Below, piece after piece: positions 1 through 9,436 of a DNA stretch of 64,000 nt. A program made the position numbers and the translations under genes. The notes under the pieces were generated by a model. It was not told where the DNA came from and did not search any database. It saw only the letters and a program-made list of their open reading frames with translations. Origin of the DNA: an uncultured Candidatus Saccharibacteria bacterium (GTDB lineage Bacteria; Patescibacteriota; Saccharimonadia; Saccharimonadales; JAGQNJ01); NCBI GenBank assembly GCA_964493895.1, contig CAZBPY010000001.1, positions 91,233 through 155,232 on the forward strand, written 5' to 3'. Position 1 is the stretch's first letter. The number at the start of each line of letters is the position of its first letter.

Positions 1-588
1 GATCTTCTCGGCATAGTCTTGAAATGCCCCGATGTCATTGCCGTTGTTTTCCAGATGGATATCAGCCATTTCTTTCATGGCCGGCAAATTTTGGACTGTC
101 TTATCGCCTTTGGGGGCGGCGCTTTCGCTTTGTTCCATGGCGATAAAGTCGTCAAAAGAGGCTTTTTCATCGTTGGCATCACGTTTACGAGAAAACACCC
201 GGTCATATCTTACTTTGGGATCGGCGTCAACAAATACAACCACCCCTCCTAAGTCTTTAACTTTTTCAGCCTCGCCAATTGATCGGATAGCCGTGGCAAC
301 CAGACCGCCCGGATATTTAGTCTGATTTTTGGCATATTCATCATGGGCCAGCTCCACCAAAACCCCTGGACCTTTAGTGGCCCGTAGTTCATTAGCAAAA
401 GGATCGTTACGCAATAGTAATGCCTTGGGGCTATCACCGTATTTCTTTTTCTTAGCCGCCCGCAACATATCACTGGTCGAAACATGAAAAAACCCATGCC
501 GCTCTTCCAACATGTCGCCAACTGTATCTTTGCCACTACCCAAAGTTCCGGCAACACCAATAATTCGAGGTTTATTTGATGTAGTCAT
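1..588 (-). CDS. P-loop nucleotide/nucleoside kinase-like protein (C-terminal end runs off the window)
   Basis: This open frame is missing from the ORF track because it has no stop inside the window. ATG at 588; no in-frame stop down to base 1 (checked codon by codon). The translation [27 protein letters not shown] carries a GxxGxGK Walker A typical of small kinase-fold proteins. Its start overlaps the rpoD stop. Tracked ORF 249..560 is an out-of-frame shadow of this gene. Confidence 0.6.
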   Translation of the reverse strand, partial: MTTSNKPRIIGVAGTLGSGKDTVGDMLEERHGFFHVSTSDMLRAAKKKKYGDSPKALLLRNDPFANELRATKGPGVLVELAHDEYAKNQTKYPGGLVATAIRSIGEAEKVKDLGGVVVFVDADPKVRYDRVFSRKRDANDEKASFDDFIAMEQSESAAPKGDKTVQNLPAMKEMADIHLENNGNDIGAFQDYAEKI

Positions 589-1690
589 GCAGTTTTTTGC
601 TGTCCTTATGTTTGCGCAGTTTGGCTAGAGCTTTAGCTTCAATTTGGCGAATCCGCTCACGAGTAACGTTAAATTCTTGGCCAACTTCCTCCAAGGTATG
701 TGAACGCCCATCTTCCAGCCCAAACCTAAGTCGCAAAATCTTTTGCTCACGCTCACTTAAAACGCCTAGCATGTTGCCGACGTGTTCTTTTAAGAGCGAA
801 CCGGTGGCTGACTCCTCGGGCGTGACAGTATCCTCATCCTCGATGAAGTCACCTAAGACCGAATCTTCCTCGTCCTCGCGCACACTGGCGTCCAAAGAAG
901 AAATATCCTGCTTGATCTTCATGATGTGCTCGACTTTTTCGACATCAATCTCCATTTCTTTGGCAATCTCTTCGTTAGTCGGTTCGCGGTTCAATTCTTG
1001 AGTCAGACGACGTTGGGTGCGCAGCAATTTGTTAATGGTCTCGACCATGTGCACCGGAATACGAATTGTTCTGGCTTGGTCAGCAATCGCCCGAGTAATG
1101 GCCTGGCGAATCCACCAGGTAGCGTAAGTACTGAACTTAAAACCTTTGTCCGGATCAAATTTCTCCACGGCCCTGAGCAGTCCGGTGTTTCCCTCTTGAA
1201 TCAGATCCAGAAGATCTAGGCCGCGACCAACATAACGCTTAGCGATTGACACCACCAAACGCATATTAGCTTCGGCCATCTTGTCCTTGGCCTTTTTACT
1301 GCCCTTTTTAACTTTATAGGCCAAGGCCAGCTCCTCATCCGGCTTTAACAGCGGAATTTTTCCAATTTCGCGCAAATATAGCCGCACCGAGTCATCAGCA
1401 ATATCATCAAGATAATTTTGCTCGGTCAGCTTTACCTCCTCCTCTTCCTCTTCTTCAACCCACTCATCAGAAAAATCCTCGGCATTAGGCTCGGTAGCTT
1501 CAATCACTTCAATGTCTTTTTCAGCTAGCTCGGCATAAAACTTTTCCAAAGTATCAAGATTCTCCGGTGTATCCGGAATTTCCTTTATAATCTCGCGCTG
1601 CTCAATTTTCTTAGTTTTCAGCGCCTTCTTAGTTAATTTTTCTTTAATCTTTTGGATGTCAGCATCAGTCAACTTCTTCTTGGTTGCCAT
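572..1690 (-). CDS. rpoD: RNA polymerase primary sigma factor (sigma-70 family)
   Basis: Regions 2-4 are unmistakable: [27 protein letters not shown], and [25 protein letters not shown]. Acidic N-terminal linker. The start directly abuts the dnaG stop. Confidence 0.95.
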   Translation of the reverse strand: MATKKKLTDADIQKIKEKLTKKALKTKKIEQREIIKEIPDTPENLDTLEKFYAELAEKDIEVIEATEPNAEDFSDEWVEEEEEEEVKLTEQNYLDDIADDSVRLYLREIGKIPLLKPDEELALAYKVKKGSKKAKDKMAEANMRLVVSIAKRYVGRGLDLLDLIQEGNTGLLRAVEKFDPDKGFKFSTYATWWIRQAITRAIADQARTIRIPVHMVETINKLLRTQRRLTQELNREPTNEEIAKEMEIDVEKVEHIMKIKQDISSLDASVREDEEDSVLGDFIEDEDTVTPEESATGSLLKEHVGNMLGVLSEREQKILRLRFGLEDGRSHTLEEVGQEFNVTRERIRQIEAKALAKLRKHKDSKKLHDYIK

Positions 1691-3424
1691 CTATTTCTCC
1701 CTTGCCCGCTTTAATAATTCGTTAAGCTTTTTATCTTTAGCCTGCAGCCCGACCCGCTGGATTTCATTAGCATTTTCCAACGCAGCCGCCAATCGGCTTT
1801 TTTGAGTTTTCACATATCGCTCTATGACGCGGACCTGCAATCGAGCGGCTTCGTATTCAAGCTCAACATACTCGAGGCCTCCGTATAGCTCATCGTATTG
1901 TACTGCCAATATTTTACCATAATCGTCATTTTCAAACAATGCTTCGCCAGGTTCTCGCGAAGAACGCAACTTCTTAAAGGCGTTTTGCAGTCGTTCATCG
2001 GCAAACATTACTTCGTGCAGCTCCTCCAACCAACTTCGAAGATCGGGATGCATATAGGTTAAGGAAAGCAACTGATTTTGAGCCTTCAAACTTTCAGCAT
2101 CAACTTTCGGCACCTTTGGCGGCTCAACTTTCTTCATCCGCCGGGTCGGCGACGCCGCTTGCTTGGCCTGTAACTTTATACTCAAAGCCGATTTGGAAAC
2201 ATCCAGAAGTTTAGCCAGTTCACTGATATAGTGATCGCGCTCAACGCTATCTTTTAATTTAGCAATCACCGGCAAGACCGCATCTGTCAGAGCCTTCTTG
2301 CCAGCCCCCTTAGTGATATCCAGCTGTTCACTGTGGCGGCGAATCAACCAATCGATGGCATATTCATAGTCACCCACAGCTTTTTCCCATAGCTCGGGGT
2401 CTTTTTGAATCAATTCATCGGGATCTTTTCCTTCCGGCACGGTGATAATACTCAAACTAATATCAACATTGCTGGCCAGAGGAATAATCCGCTCCATAGC
2501 ATTGAGTCCAGCCTGATCCTGATCAAAGGCTAACCTAACATCGTAAGTAAACCGGGACAATTCCTTCAGGTGCATTTCGGTCATGGCTGTACCTGCAGTG
2601 GCCACGACATTTTCCACTCCAGATTGATGGCTAGCAATAACGTCCAGGTTGCCCTCAACCACAACTGCAAACTTTGATTTTCGAATCGAATCCTTGGCCA
2701 AATGTAGGCCATAAACATGCCGACCCTTATCATATACCGCCGTCTGAGGTGTATTTATGTACTTCGGCCCCTTATCATTCGGGTCTAGACTGCGGGCCGT
2801 AAAGCCGATCACCTTCCCCTGTCCATCCTGCAGCGGAATCATAATCCGTCCCCTAAACATATCGCTGATATTAGAATATCTGGTTGTCGCCAGCCCGGCC
2901 TTCTTGATTATGTCCTCAGAAAAACTCTTACTCTTTAGAAATGACAACAAGGCTCTTCCGGTATTCGAAGCATAACCAATCCGAAAATCCAGCACGGTTT
3001 TTTTGCTAAAGCCCCTAGTTCTAATCATATATCTAAGAGCCGCTTGGTTTTTAGAAAACTGCACCTGGTAAAACTTAGCCGCCGCCTCCAGACAGTCCAG
3101 TAATTGCGCTTTTAATTTTGCCTGCTGGCCATCGCCCCGTTGATACTGGCTTAGATCAACACCAGCCTTGTTAGCTAAAAGCTCTAAAGCTCCCTTAAAG
3201 TCCAGCCCTTCCAGCTCCATTACCAGCGTAAACATGTCGCCGCCCTTGCCCGAAGAAAAGTCATGCCATATTTGTTTCTCTGGACTAACCATAAATGATG
3301 GCGTCTTTTCGTTTGTAAACGGGCTCAGGCCTTTAAGGTTGCGGCCAGCCCGCTTTAGCTCCATGTAGTCGGCCGCCACATCCTCAACCGCCAACCGCGA
3401 CTTAATGTCCTCTACCGCATCCAT
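1691..3424 (-). CDS. dnaG: DNA primase DnaG
   Basis: Toprim motif VVVEGNLDVIASHQSGVENVVATAGTA. Primase core PKYINTPQTAVYDKGRHVYG. The N-terminal zinc-ribbon region aligns to canonical DnaG but lacks all four metal ligands (see findings). Classical dnaG-rpoD pairing. Confidence 0.95.
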   Translation of the reverse strand: MDAVEDIKSRLAVEDVAADYMELKRAGRNLKGLSPFTNEKTPSFMVSPEKQIWHDFSSGKGGDMFTLVMELEGLDFKGALELLANKAGVDLSQYQRGDGQQAKLKAQLLDCLEAAAKFYQVQFSKNQAALRYMIRTRGFSKKTVLDFRIGYASNTGRALLSFLKSKSFSEDIIKKAGLATTRYSNISDMFRGRIMIPLQDGQGKVIGFTARSLDPNDKGPKYINTPQTAVYDKGRHVYGLHLAKDSIRKSKFAVVVEGNLDVIASHQSGVENVVATAGTAMTEMHLKELSRFTYDVRLAFDQDQAGLNAMERIIPLASNVDISLSIITVPEGKDPDELIQKDPELWEKAVGDYEYAIDWLIRRHSEQLDITKGAGKKALTDAVLPVIAKLKDSVERDHYISELAKLLDVSKSALSIKLQAKQAASPTRRMKKVEPPKVPKVDAESLKAQNQLLSLTYMHPDLRSWLEELHEVMFADERLQNAFKKLRSSREPGEALFENDDYGKILAVQYDELYGGLEYVELEYEAARLQVRVIERYVKTQKSRLAAALENANEIQRVGLQAKDKKLNELLKRAREK

Positions 3425-3480
3425 ACCTTAATTGTACGCCATCTGGTCATAAGCATGCTGCATATGCTTAAATAGTAGGT

Positions 3481-4089
3481 ATGGATCCACAGCAACAGTA
3501 TCAACCTGGACCAACTGCTCAGCCGCCAATGCAGCCCGGGCAATACGATTTTATTACTAATCCGCAAAAACCGCCGCGGCGGGGCCTACTTGGAGGTGGA
3601 AAAAATAGCCTGTTGGCATTGATTGCCGGCGGTCTGGGGTTGTTGACACTTTTGGTTATAATTGCCAGCCTAATATTTGGCGGCAGTGATAATAAGGATG
3701 TTTTGTTAGAGGTTGCTCGTAAGCAAAATCAAATCATTGAAATCTCTAAAATAGGCACTGATGAAGGTGGCTCGGCTGAGACCAGAGCGTTGGGTGAGGC
3801 TGTAGGCCTGTCGCTAACCAGTGAACAACAAGCCGTATTAGCCAAAGTCGGCAAGGTGAAGTCCAAGGATTATGCGATGGCACCGAGTTCGGAGGACTTA
3901 AAGACTTTGGAAACGGCTCAACAAAATGGTCGCTTTGATGAGGTTTTCGCCAATATCATCAAACAGGAATTAACAGAGTATCAACAGGTACTAAGGTCGG
4001 CCAATAATCAAGTTTCAGGTCAAAGCACTAAGGATGTGTTGGCTAAGAATTTCGAAGATGCCGGTTTACTGCTGCAGATTCCGAAGTAG
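3481..4089 (+). CDS. Hypothetical membrane-anchored protein (Pro/Gln-rich N-terminus, one TM helix)
   Basis: N-terminus MDPQQQYQPGPTAQPPMQPGQYDFITNPQKPPRRG, then hydrophobic helix LLALIAGGLGLLTLLVIIASLIFGG. No recognisable domain. Confidence 0.55.
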   Translation: MDPQQQYQPGPTAQPPMQPGQYDFITNPQKPPRRGLLGGGKNSLLALIAGGLGLLTLLVIIASLIFGGSDNKDVLLEVARKQNQIIEISKIGTDEGGSAETRALGEAVGLSLTSEQQAVLAKVGKVKSKDYAMAPSSEDLKTLETAQQNGRFDEVFANIIKQELTEYQQVLRSANNQVSGQSTKDVLAKNFEDAGLLLQIPK

Positions 4090-4099
4090 TTGGGTTGAT

Positions 4100-4456
4100 T
4101 TAGCTAAATTCGGGCGGACTGTCGCCAGTTTTAGCTACTAGATTGTAGGAATGGCGGATTAAATCGTGAATTTCGTCCGGACTGAGCTGGCCGGTGATTA
4201 AGACTGTTATCCAGTGCTTTTTGTTGAGGTGATAGCCCTCCATGACCTCTTCATATTTGTCGCGCAGTAAAGTTGCCAGTTTGGGGTCACATTTTAAGCT
4301 TATATTGATCGGTGATTTGCCCTCCGGAATCAAAGCGAACATTTTGCCACTAGCCTTCGGGCCAACTTTATAAACAGCCACCCCTTCGCCAAAGGGATAG
4401 TCCAACCAGGCATCTGGCATACTAAGTAAGTATTTCTCGAGCTCTTTATGATTCAT
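4100..4456 (-). CDS. MmcQ/YjbR family DNA-binding protein
   Basis: C-terminal signature GYHLNKKHWITVLITGQLSPDEIHDLIRHSYNLV matches the YjbR family pattern. 4-nt overlap with orn. Confidence 0.7.
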   Translation of the reverse strand: MNHKELEKYLLSMPDAWLDYPFGEGVAVYKVGPKASGKMFALIPEGKSPINISLKCDPKLATLLRDKYEEVMEGYHLNKKHWITVLITGQLSPDEIHDLIRHSYNLVAKTGDSPPEFS

Positions 4457-5016
4457 TTCTTATCTGAGTGTTTCTTAAACCAGTCGAGATAGTACTGCAG
4501 TTCGGCAATTGAACCTTGAATATCCTCGAAGGCCCGGTGAGTCTCTGGTTTGCTAAATTCCAAGCCATGTTTGCCCTGCATAAACACTTTCCAAGCACTG
4601 ACATCCAGCATCCTATAGTGTAGTTTTAAGTCCAAAGCTGGCATCCATTGTTTGATAAATAGCCGGTCATTGTAAATGGAGTTGCCTCCCAAAATTGCTG
4701 GCTCGGCTGCAAACTGTTCGGCCACCAGTTCAATTAGTTCTTTTTCAACGTCGACCAGTGGTTTGCCTTTGTCTAAATTATTCATGAAGTGGTCACGATT
4801 ATTGGGAAAATCCTGCCACCAGGCATTAGCCTGCATCCGCTTGGCTACCACCGATTTGGGGTGCCGAATGCACTCTTCATAGGTGGCCAGAGTCTTAAAA
4901 TCAAAGTCAGTGATTTCGGCCGCTACCTCAAGGATGACATCTTTAGCCGGATCAAGTCCGGTCATTTCCAAATCAATCCACAGTATCTTGGTAGGCTTGG
5001 TTTTTTTGTCGATCAT
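4453..5016 (-). CDS. orn: Oligoribonuclease (DEDDh 3-prime to 5-prime exonuclease)
   Basis: ILWIDLEMTGLDP (Exo I), GNSIYNDRLFI (Exo II), HRAFEDIQGSIAELQYY (Exo III). Colinear with E. coli Orn. Confidence 0.85.
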   Translation of the reverse strand: MIDKKTKPTKILWIDLEMTGLDPAKDVILEVAAEITDFDFKTLATYEECIRHPKSVVAKRMQANAWWQDFPNNRDHFMNNLDKGKPLVDVEKELIELVAEQFAAEPAILGGNSIYNDRLFIKQWMPALDLKLHYRMLDVSAWKVFMQGKHGLEFSKPETHRAFEDIQGSIAELQYYLDWFKKHSDKK

Positions 5017-5032
5017 TATGGATTAGTATACC

Positions 5033-5422
5033 CTAGCCGCCCGACTTTTTTCGAAAATCTAGAGCGCAAGAATTGACGCAGAAACGCATACCTGTCGGTG
5101 TTTGAGGCGCATCGTGAAAAACATGGCCCAGGTGGCTGTCGCAATTGGCACATTTAATTTCGATTCGCTGCAGGCCCTGAGAGGTGTCTTCTGTCAAGTG
5201 AACGTTTTGGTTATTTTTGACATTGTAAAAGCTGGACCAGCCAGTGCCGGAGTCAAACTTAGTTTTGGAATCAAATAGCTCGGCACCACAGGCGGCACAG
5301 CGATAGGTGCCATCCTCCTTGTTGTTCAGCAATTTACCGCTGAACGGGGCTTCGGTATCACCTTGGCGCATGACGGAATACTGTTGCTTGGTCAGCTTTT
5401 TCTTAAAATCAATGTCAGCCAT
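5033..5422 (-). CDS. msrB: Peptide-methionine (R)-S-oxide reductase MsrB
   Basis: Two CxxC zinc motifs (CAACGAELF, CANCDSHLGHVF) and the catalytic region GMRFCVNSCAL. Confidence 0.9.
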   Translation of the reverse strand: MADIDFKKKLTKQQYSVMRQGDTEAPFSGKLLNNKEDGTYRCAACGAELFDSKTKFDSGTGWSSFYNVKNNQNVHLTEDTSQGLQRIEIKCANCDSHLGHVFHDAPQTPTGMRFCVNSCALDFRKKSGG

Positions 5423-5434
5423 TGATTGCCTCAG

Positions 5435-5845
5435 CTATTGCTTTTTCTTATCTAGCTTGTCCAGACGCAACCAGCGGAAAGTAAAGTAAATGATGGCCGC
5501 CGTGATAATGAAGTTAATCAGCACGAAAACAAACTGGCCCCAAGAAAATACGGCTGTATCGTTGCCGATAGTCAGCGAAAACTGCTGTCCGGTTAGGCTT
5601 TCGCCGCTGCCTAGCAACAGACCCAGCAAAGGATTTACAAAACTAGAGCTGAACTGATCGACTAACACCTTGGCTTGGGTGCCAATAATGAAACCAATCG
5701 CCAAGCCAACTACACCCTGGGTCCGGATAAATTCCACAAAGCCAGTGAATTGCTGACGGGTTTTGGCTTTGGCTTTGGCGGCCACTACTTTTCGTTTTGG
5801 CTGGGGTTGTTGGCCAGGACGTCTTCGAGGTCTATTTTCTGCCAT
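5435..5845 (-). CDS. mscL: Large-conductance mechanosensitive channel MscL with a basic N-terminal extension
   Basis: FVEFIRTQGVVGLAIGFIIGTQAKVLVDQFSSSFVNPLLG aligns to the MscL TM1/periplasmic-loop consensus. A second TM helix and a C-terminal basic tail are present. Confidence 0.85.
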   Translation of the reverse strand: MAENRPRRRPGQQPQPKRKVVAAKAKAKTRQQFTGFVEFIRTQGVVGLAIGFIIGTQAKVLVDQFSSSFVNPLLGLLLGSGESLTGQQFSLTIGNDTAVFSWGQFVFVLINFIITAAIIYFTFRWLRLDKLDKKKQ

Positions 5846-5854
5846 TTACCTCCC

Positions 5855-6277
5855 CTATCTCCACACTGCCAAAACTGCGCTCATCAAAGCAAAGGTCACT
5901 ACATCGGCTGATGAGGTCACCACGTTATACGACAGAGGTCGCTTTTCGAACTGAGCCTGCATTATCTTATTAGTAGCCAGAAATGCCAGCGCCACTAATA
6001 TGCCGAAGGTTGCTCCTTGCCAAACAGTGTTAAGTTCTAGCACCTGTAGGAGAACGCCCAGGGCTACAGCTGTAACAAAACTGCTAACAACTGCCAAGAC
6101 AATCGGCTGCATACTACCGTTCATGAAATCTTTTTTCTTCATACCAATTGATTTCATCCAGGCATTTCCAAAAAGCCCGGGTGAATACCAAACTGATCCC
6201 ACCACCATGGCTATCAGTGTGGCGACCACAACTGCTACCCAATTTAATGCGCTTACATAATCTAAAAGCACTTCCAT
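5855..6277 (-). CDS. DUF1761-like membrane protein
   Basis: LNWVAVVVATLIAMVVGSVWYSPGLFGNAWMKSIG resembles the DUF1761 N-terminal motif. Four hydrophobic segments. Confidence 0.55.
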   Translation of the reverse strand: MEVLLDYVSALNWVAVVVATLIAMVVGSVWYSPGLFGNAWMKSIGMKKKDFMNGSMQPIVLAVVSSFVTAVALGVLLQVLELNTVWQGATFGILVALAFLATNKIMQAQFEKRPLSYNVVTSSADVVTFALMSAVLAVWR

Positions 6278-6329
6278 GCCTCTTCCCTCCTTTAGTTTAT
6301 GCCTTTAGTATACACCGTAAAGGCAAGTG

Positions 6330-7991
6330 TCACATTTTTTCTGGAGTTGGAATGTTTAATAGATCTAGCCCGATCTTTAGTGTCTCAGCATATCTTTTGA
6401 CTAAGGCTAAACGCTGGGCCTGACGAGGGTCACCAATTACCCGGCTGTTTTCATAAAAACGATTGAAGGTTTGAGACAGCTCATACAGATAATTACAGAT
6501 GTAGTGTGGCAGGAATTCGACGCCGGCCTGACTGACGACTCGATTAAATTGGCTGAGTTTTCGGACAAGGCTGCGCTCGTCATCTGACAATTCATTAACC
6601 TGTTTAGCCTCTTCGAGCGGAGCCTTAGCCAAAATCGATCGGGCCCGAGCATGAGCATACTGTAAGTATGGACCGCTATTGCCTTGCAGGCTGACCGACT
6701 CCGATACATCAAAAGCAATATCACCGCCGAGACGTTGCTTTAAGAAGCTGTACTTGACCGCACCAAGAGCAATTTGTCGACGCAGCACATCGCTATTGGC
6801 CTCGACATTCTTGATAACTGCATCCAGTACATCAACGGCTCGAGTAACATTTCCCAGACGTGAACTCATTTTTTGGCCATCACCGAATTTTACAGTTCCG
6901 TTAGGTTTATGGGTTTGCTTGGCAGCCAGCTTTGGATCAATTTCTTTTAGAGCCGCAAAGACAACTTTCATGTATTCAACTTGATCATTACCAGTAATCA
7001 AAAAGCGTCGATAATAGGGAAAATCATCTGCCTCAGTAAATATGACGCCTAGATCTTTGGTTTCATAAGTTGGCAGCCCGGCCGATGTAATGAACACTCT
7101 GGTATGCAGGCCCTGATCTTCACCCTTAAAGACAATTGCTCCGTCACTTTCTTTGAAGACTGTGCCTATGTGTTTCTTGACTATCTCAATGCCTCTGTTG
7201 GTGGTTTCGCTTTCCGGGTAGTACTTATCAAAAGCCGCTACTTCAATATCGCGGTAAAAGTCTTTGAAATAGTTATAGCTCCATTCCCGGCAGCGCCAAT
7301 AAATTTGAGCTAGATCCGACTGATGGTCATCTTTAGCATGAAACTCATAAATCTTCTGATTGATGGCTTTAATCTCGTCACTAGCTGACTTGTCTTCTGT
7401 ATCAGCCTTGGCGCCTAAGACGTAAGCCTTGCTGATCCATTGAGCCCGGGAGTCTGCTGGTACATCGTCGAGAGTCGGCGGGTCGCCGGCGGCCAACAGT
7501 TTTTGAATGCCCCAAAGGCTCCTGGCGACATGCAAACCAACGTCGCCGCCAAAGTTAGCCCGGAAAACCCGGCCGCCGGCGGCCTGGAAAATTCGGCCCA
7601 TGGTATCACCGACAATTGTCTGATAAAGATGGCCGGTGTGAAGCTCCTTAAAGGCATTGGGGCAGGAATACTCCAACAGAATCTTTTCACCTTCTAGCCA
7701 CTGGCGTAAATCGGACGTGGCATCTTGCCATAAAGCTTGATCGGTTAGACGCAGGTTAATAAATCCAGGCCCGGCCACCGTCGCCTCAGCTATAACATCG
7801 TTTTTGGGCAGAGCCTTGATGATTTTTTGGGCAACTTCCCGCGGGTTCTGACCGGACTTCTTAGCCAGCTGCATGGCGACATTAGAGGCTAGATCACCAA
7901 ACTGCTCGTCTGGTATTTCTAAACTGACATGGACGTCTTGACTGACGACTGTCTTTACAGCCTGTTTTAGCAGATCTCCGGCTGGGTACAT
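6330..7991 (-). CDS. argS: Arginine--tRNA ligase
   Basis: Class I HIGH-type motif ELHTGHLYQTIVGD. DALR anticodon-binding end YICNYLYELSQTFNRFYE. Length 553 aa. Confidence 0.95.
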   Translation of the reverse strand: MYPAGDLLKQAVKTVVSQDVHVSLEIPDEQFGDLASNVAMQLAKKSGQNPREVAQKIIKALPKNDVIAEATVAGPGFINLRLTDQALWQDATSDLRQWLEGEKILLEYSCPNAFKELHTGHLYQTIVGDTMGRIFQAAGGRVFRANFGGDVGLHVARSLWGIQKLLAAGDPPTLDDVPADSRAQWISKAYVLGAKADTEDKSASDEIKAINQKIYEFHAKDDHQSDLAQIYWRCREWSYNYFKDFYRDIEVAAFDKYYPESETTNRGIEIVKKHIGTVFKESDGAIVFKGEDQGLHTRVFITSAGLPTYETKDLGVIFTEADDFPYYRRFLITGNDQVEYMKVVFAALKEIDPKLAAKQTHKPNGTVKFGDGQKMSSRLGNVTRAVDVLDAVIKNVEANSDVLRRQIALGAVKYSFLKQRLGGDIAFDVSESVSLQGNSGPYLQYAHARARSILAKAPLEEAKQVNELSDDERSLVRKLSQFNRVVSQAGVEFLPHYICNYLYELSQTFNRFYENSRVIGDPRQAQRLALVKRYAETLKIGLDLLNIPTPEKM

Positions 7992-8022
7992 AACAGATGT
8001 AAGTATAGCATGCTGCGGTTGG

Positions 8023-8724
8023 CTAATGGCGCTCGCTGGTTGTGCTTAAAACTTTAATTAGTTGGTAAATTACTGCGTAGGTTGCGCTGATCAGGACAAA
8101 GAATGTTAGAGTGACGATATAAGTCTGGGCGTGAAAGACTGGATTAATAACTCGCTCACTGAGGTCAAAAATAATCCCAAAAGGATTTATGAGAATGTCC
8201 CAAGTATTCCATCGTAAGTAGCGACCTAAGTAAATCGCAAAGCCATTGGCTAAAAAGATAAAGCCTAGAAACCATAAAACGGCTTTGACGGACCACTGCT
8301 TGAGCAGTTGGACGTGGACAATGTAGATGCTTAGATAACCAAGGATTAAGCCGTTGATTATAAAGCTCATCATCATGGCAATGTCATAAAGTATTGATGT
8401 TTCGCCGGAACTTTGCAGGTGGATTAGATCGCTCATCAGATAAAACGCGTTGGGTAAAAATCCCAGCCATAACCCTAAAAGCAGTAGGTTTTGCCAAGCG
8501 TAAAGACGGTGCTTGGCCAAATTCACCCGAAAACCAAGCGCAAAAATCACTGGCAACCAGGCCAGAAACAGGTTCCAGATCATAAACCAGAACCGAGTAT
8601 TGCCTGCCACAATCATCCTGACCGCCAATAACAGGACACTGACACCGCTGGAACCAATCAAAGTCAGCAACAACTGAGCGGTGAACGGCGTATTCTTGAT
8701 GAGCTCTGAGCCTCTGCGAATCAC
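8023..8724 (-). CDS. DUF1361-like polytopic membrane protein
   Basis: WNLFLAWLPVIFA and LPNAFYLMSDLIHL resemble DUF1361 motifs. About 6 TM segments. Confidence 0.55.
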   Translation of the reverse strand: MIRRGSELIKNTPFTAQLLLTLIGSSGVSVLLLAVRMIVAGNTRFWFMIWNLFLAWLPVIFALGFRVNLAKHRLYAWQNLLLLGLWLGFLPNAFYLMSDLIHLQSSGETSILYDIAMMMSFIINGLILGYLSIYIVHVQLLKQWSVKAVLWFLGFIFLANGFAIYLGRYLRWNTWDILINPFGIIFDLSERVINPVFHAQTYIVTLTFFVLISATYAVIYQLIKVLSTTSERH

Positions 8725-8759
8725 AGCTATATTATACCTTGCTTTTAGCTAAATAGTCA

Positions 8760-8788
8760 TTGACAATATCATTGTGATATGTTAATAT
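8760..8788 (+). promoter_or_regulatory. Sigma-70 type promoter (TTGACA - 17 nt - TAATAT, with a TGn extended -10)
   Basis: TTGACA at 8760..8765, a 17-nt spacer, TGt TAATAT ending at 8788. It points into the frameshifted gene at 8825. Confidence 0.55.
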
Positions 8789-8824
8789 GTTTACAGTCGA
8801 AGATTAGAACGAAAAGAAAAATCA

Positions 8825-9386
8825 ATGACCGAACAACTGCCCCAAGAAGCACATACTCCAAAAACCGAAGCGCAAGTAAGCGAGCAAATAGATCGTATAG
8901 CCGGAATGCTAATGGAGAGAGTTGTAAGTAATCGTAAGTAATCCCACCCGCATTATTGAAACAACTCAGGGAGACCCCAGACATGATGTTAATCCAGACC
9001 CTGACCACGACATTATGAGTCAGGTGGCTACTGCTTTGCCAGAACGAGGTGAATTCACTTATTCTGTAAGTGACGACCCTGGAAACACGGACAAGGTAGA
9101 TTTGCGTCAAGGTAAGACACGTATTGAACGAGCTCGTTCCGATGGCGAAGGGACAATACACGCAGCAGTTGTAGGCGGCAGCAGAGAAAGAGACCAAAAC
9201 TTTCTGATATCAGGACAACAGGGAGAGCAAATACCTCTAGGCGGTAAGGACAGAATAAAAGTAGCTGCTCGAACTCTAAATAAGGCACGAAGTGATATAG
9301 GAAAAGCTCAAAGAGCCGCCGAAGAGCGAGCCGCATCGCAACAAGCTGAAAGAAAAAAGAAGGCTCTAGATACAATTCTAGCTTAG
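8825..9386 (+). pseudogene. Hypothetical charged protein gene disrupted by a perfect 10-bp tandem duplication (GTAAGTAATC x2)
   Basis: The frame from ATG 8825 stops at 8939..8941. The frame of tracked ORF 9015..9386 is open back to 8928. Deleting one copy of GTAAGTAATC (8924..8933 / 8934..8943) fuses the two frames into one 183-codon ORF. The opposite-strand ORFs 8769..9197 and 9055..9411 look non-coding. Confidence 0.6.
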
Positions 9387-9436
9387 TCAAAGACATGGAG
9401 GTTGCGAGCACACCATAGTTAGCTCATACTGTTGGC

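Noticed and set aside
249-560. Tracked 103-aa minus-strand ORF
   Set aside because: It has an implausible composition (Trp/Cys/Met-rich). It lies entirely inside, and out of frame with, the P-loop kinase-like ORF 1..588, which has a clear Walker A and a coherent translation.
8769-9411. Two minus-strand ORFs (8769..9197 and 9055..9411)
   Set aside because: Their translations are Cys/Phe/Leu-rich and look non-coding. The opposite strand holds a promoter and a coherent charged protein once the 10-bp duplication is accounted for.
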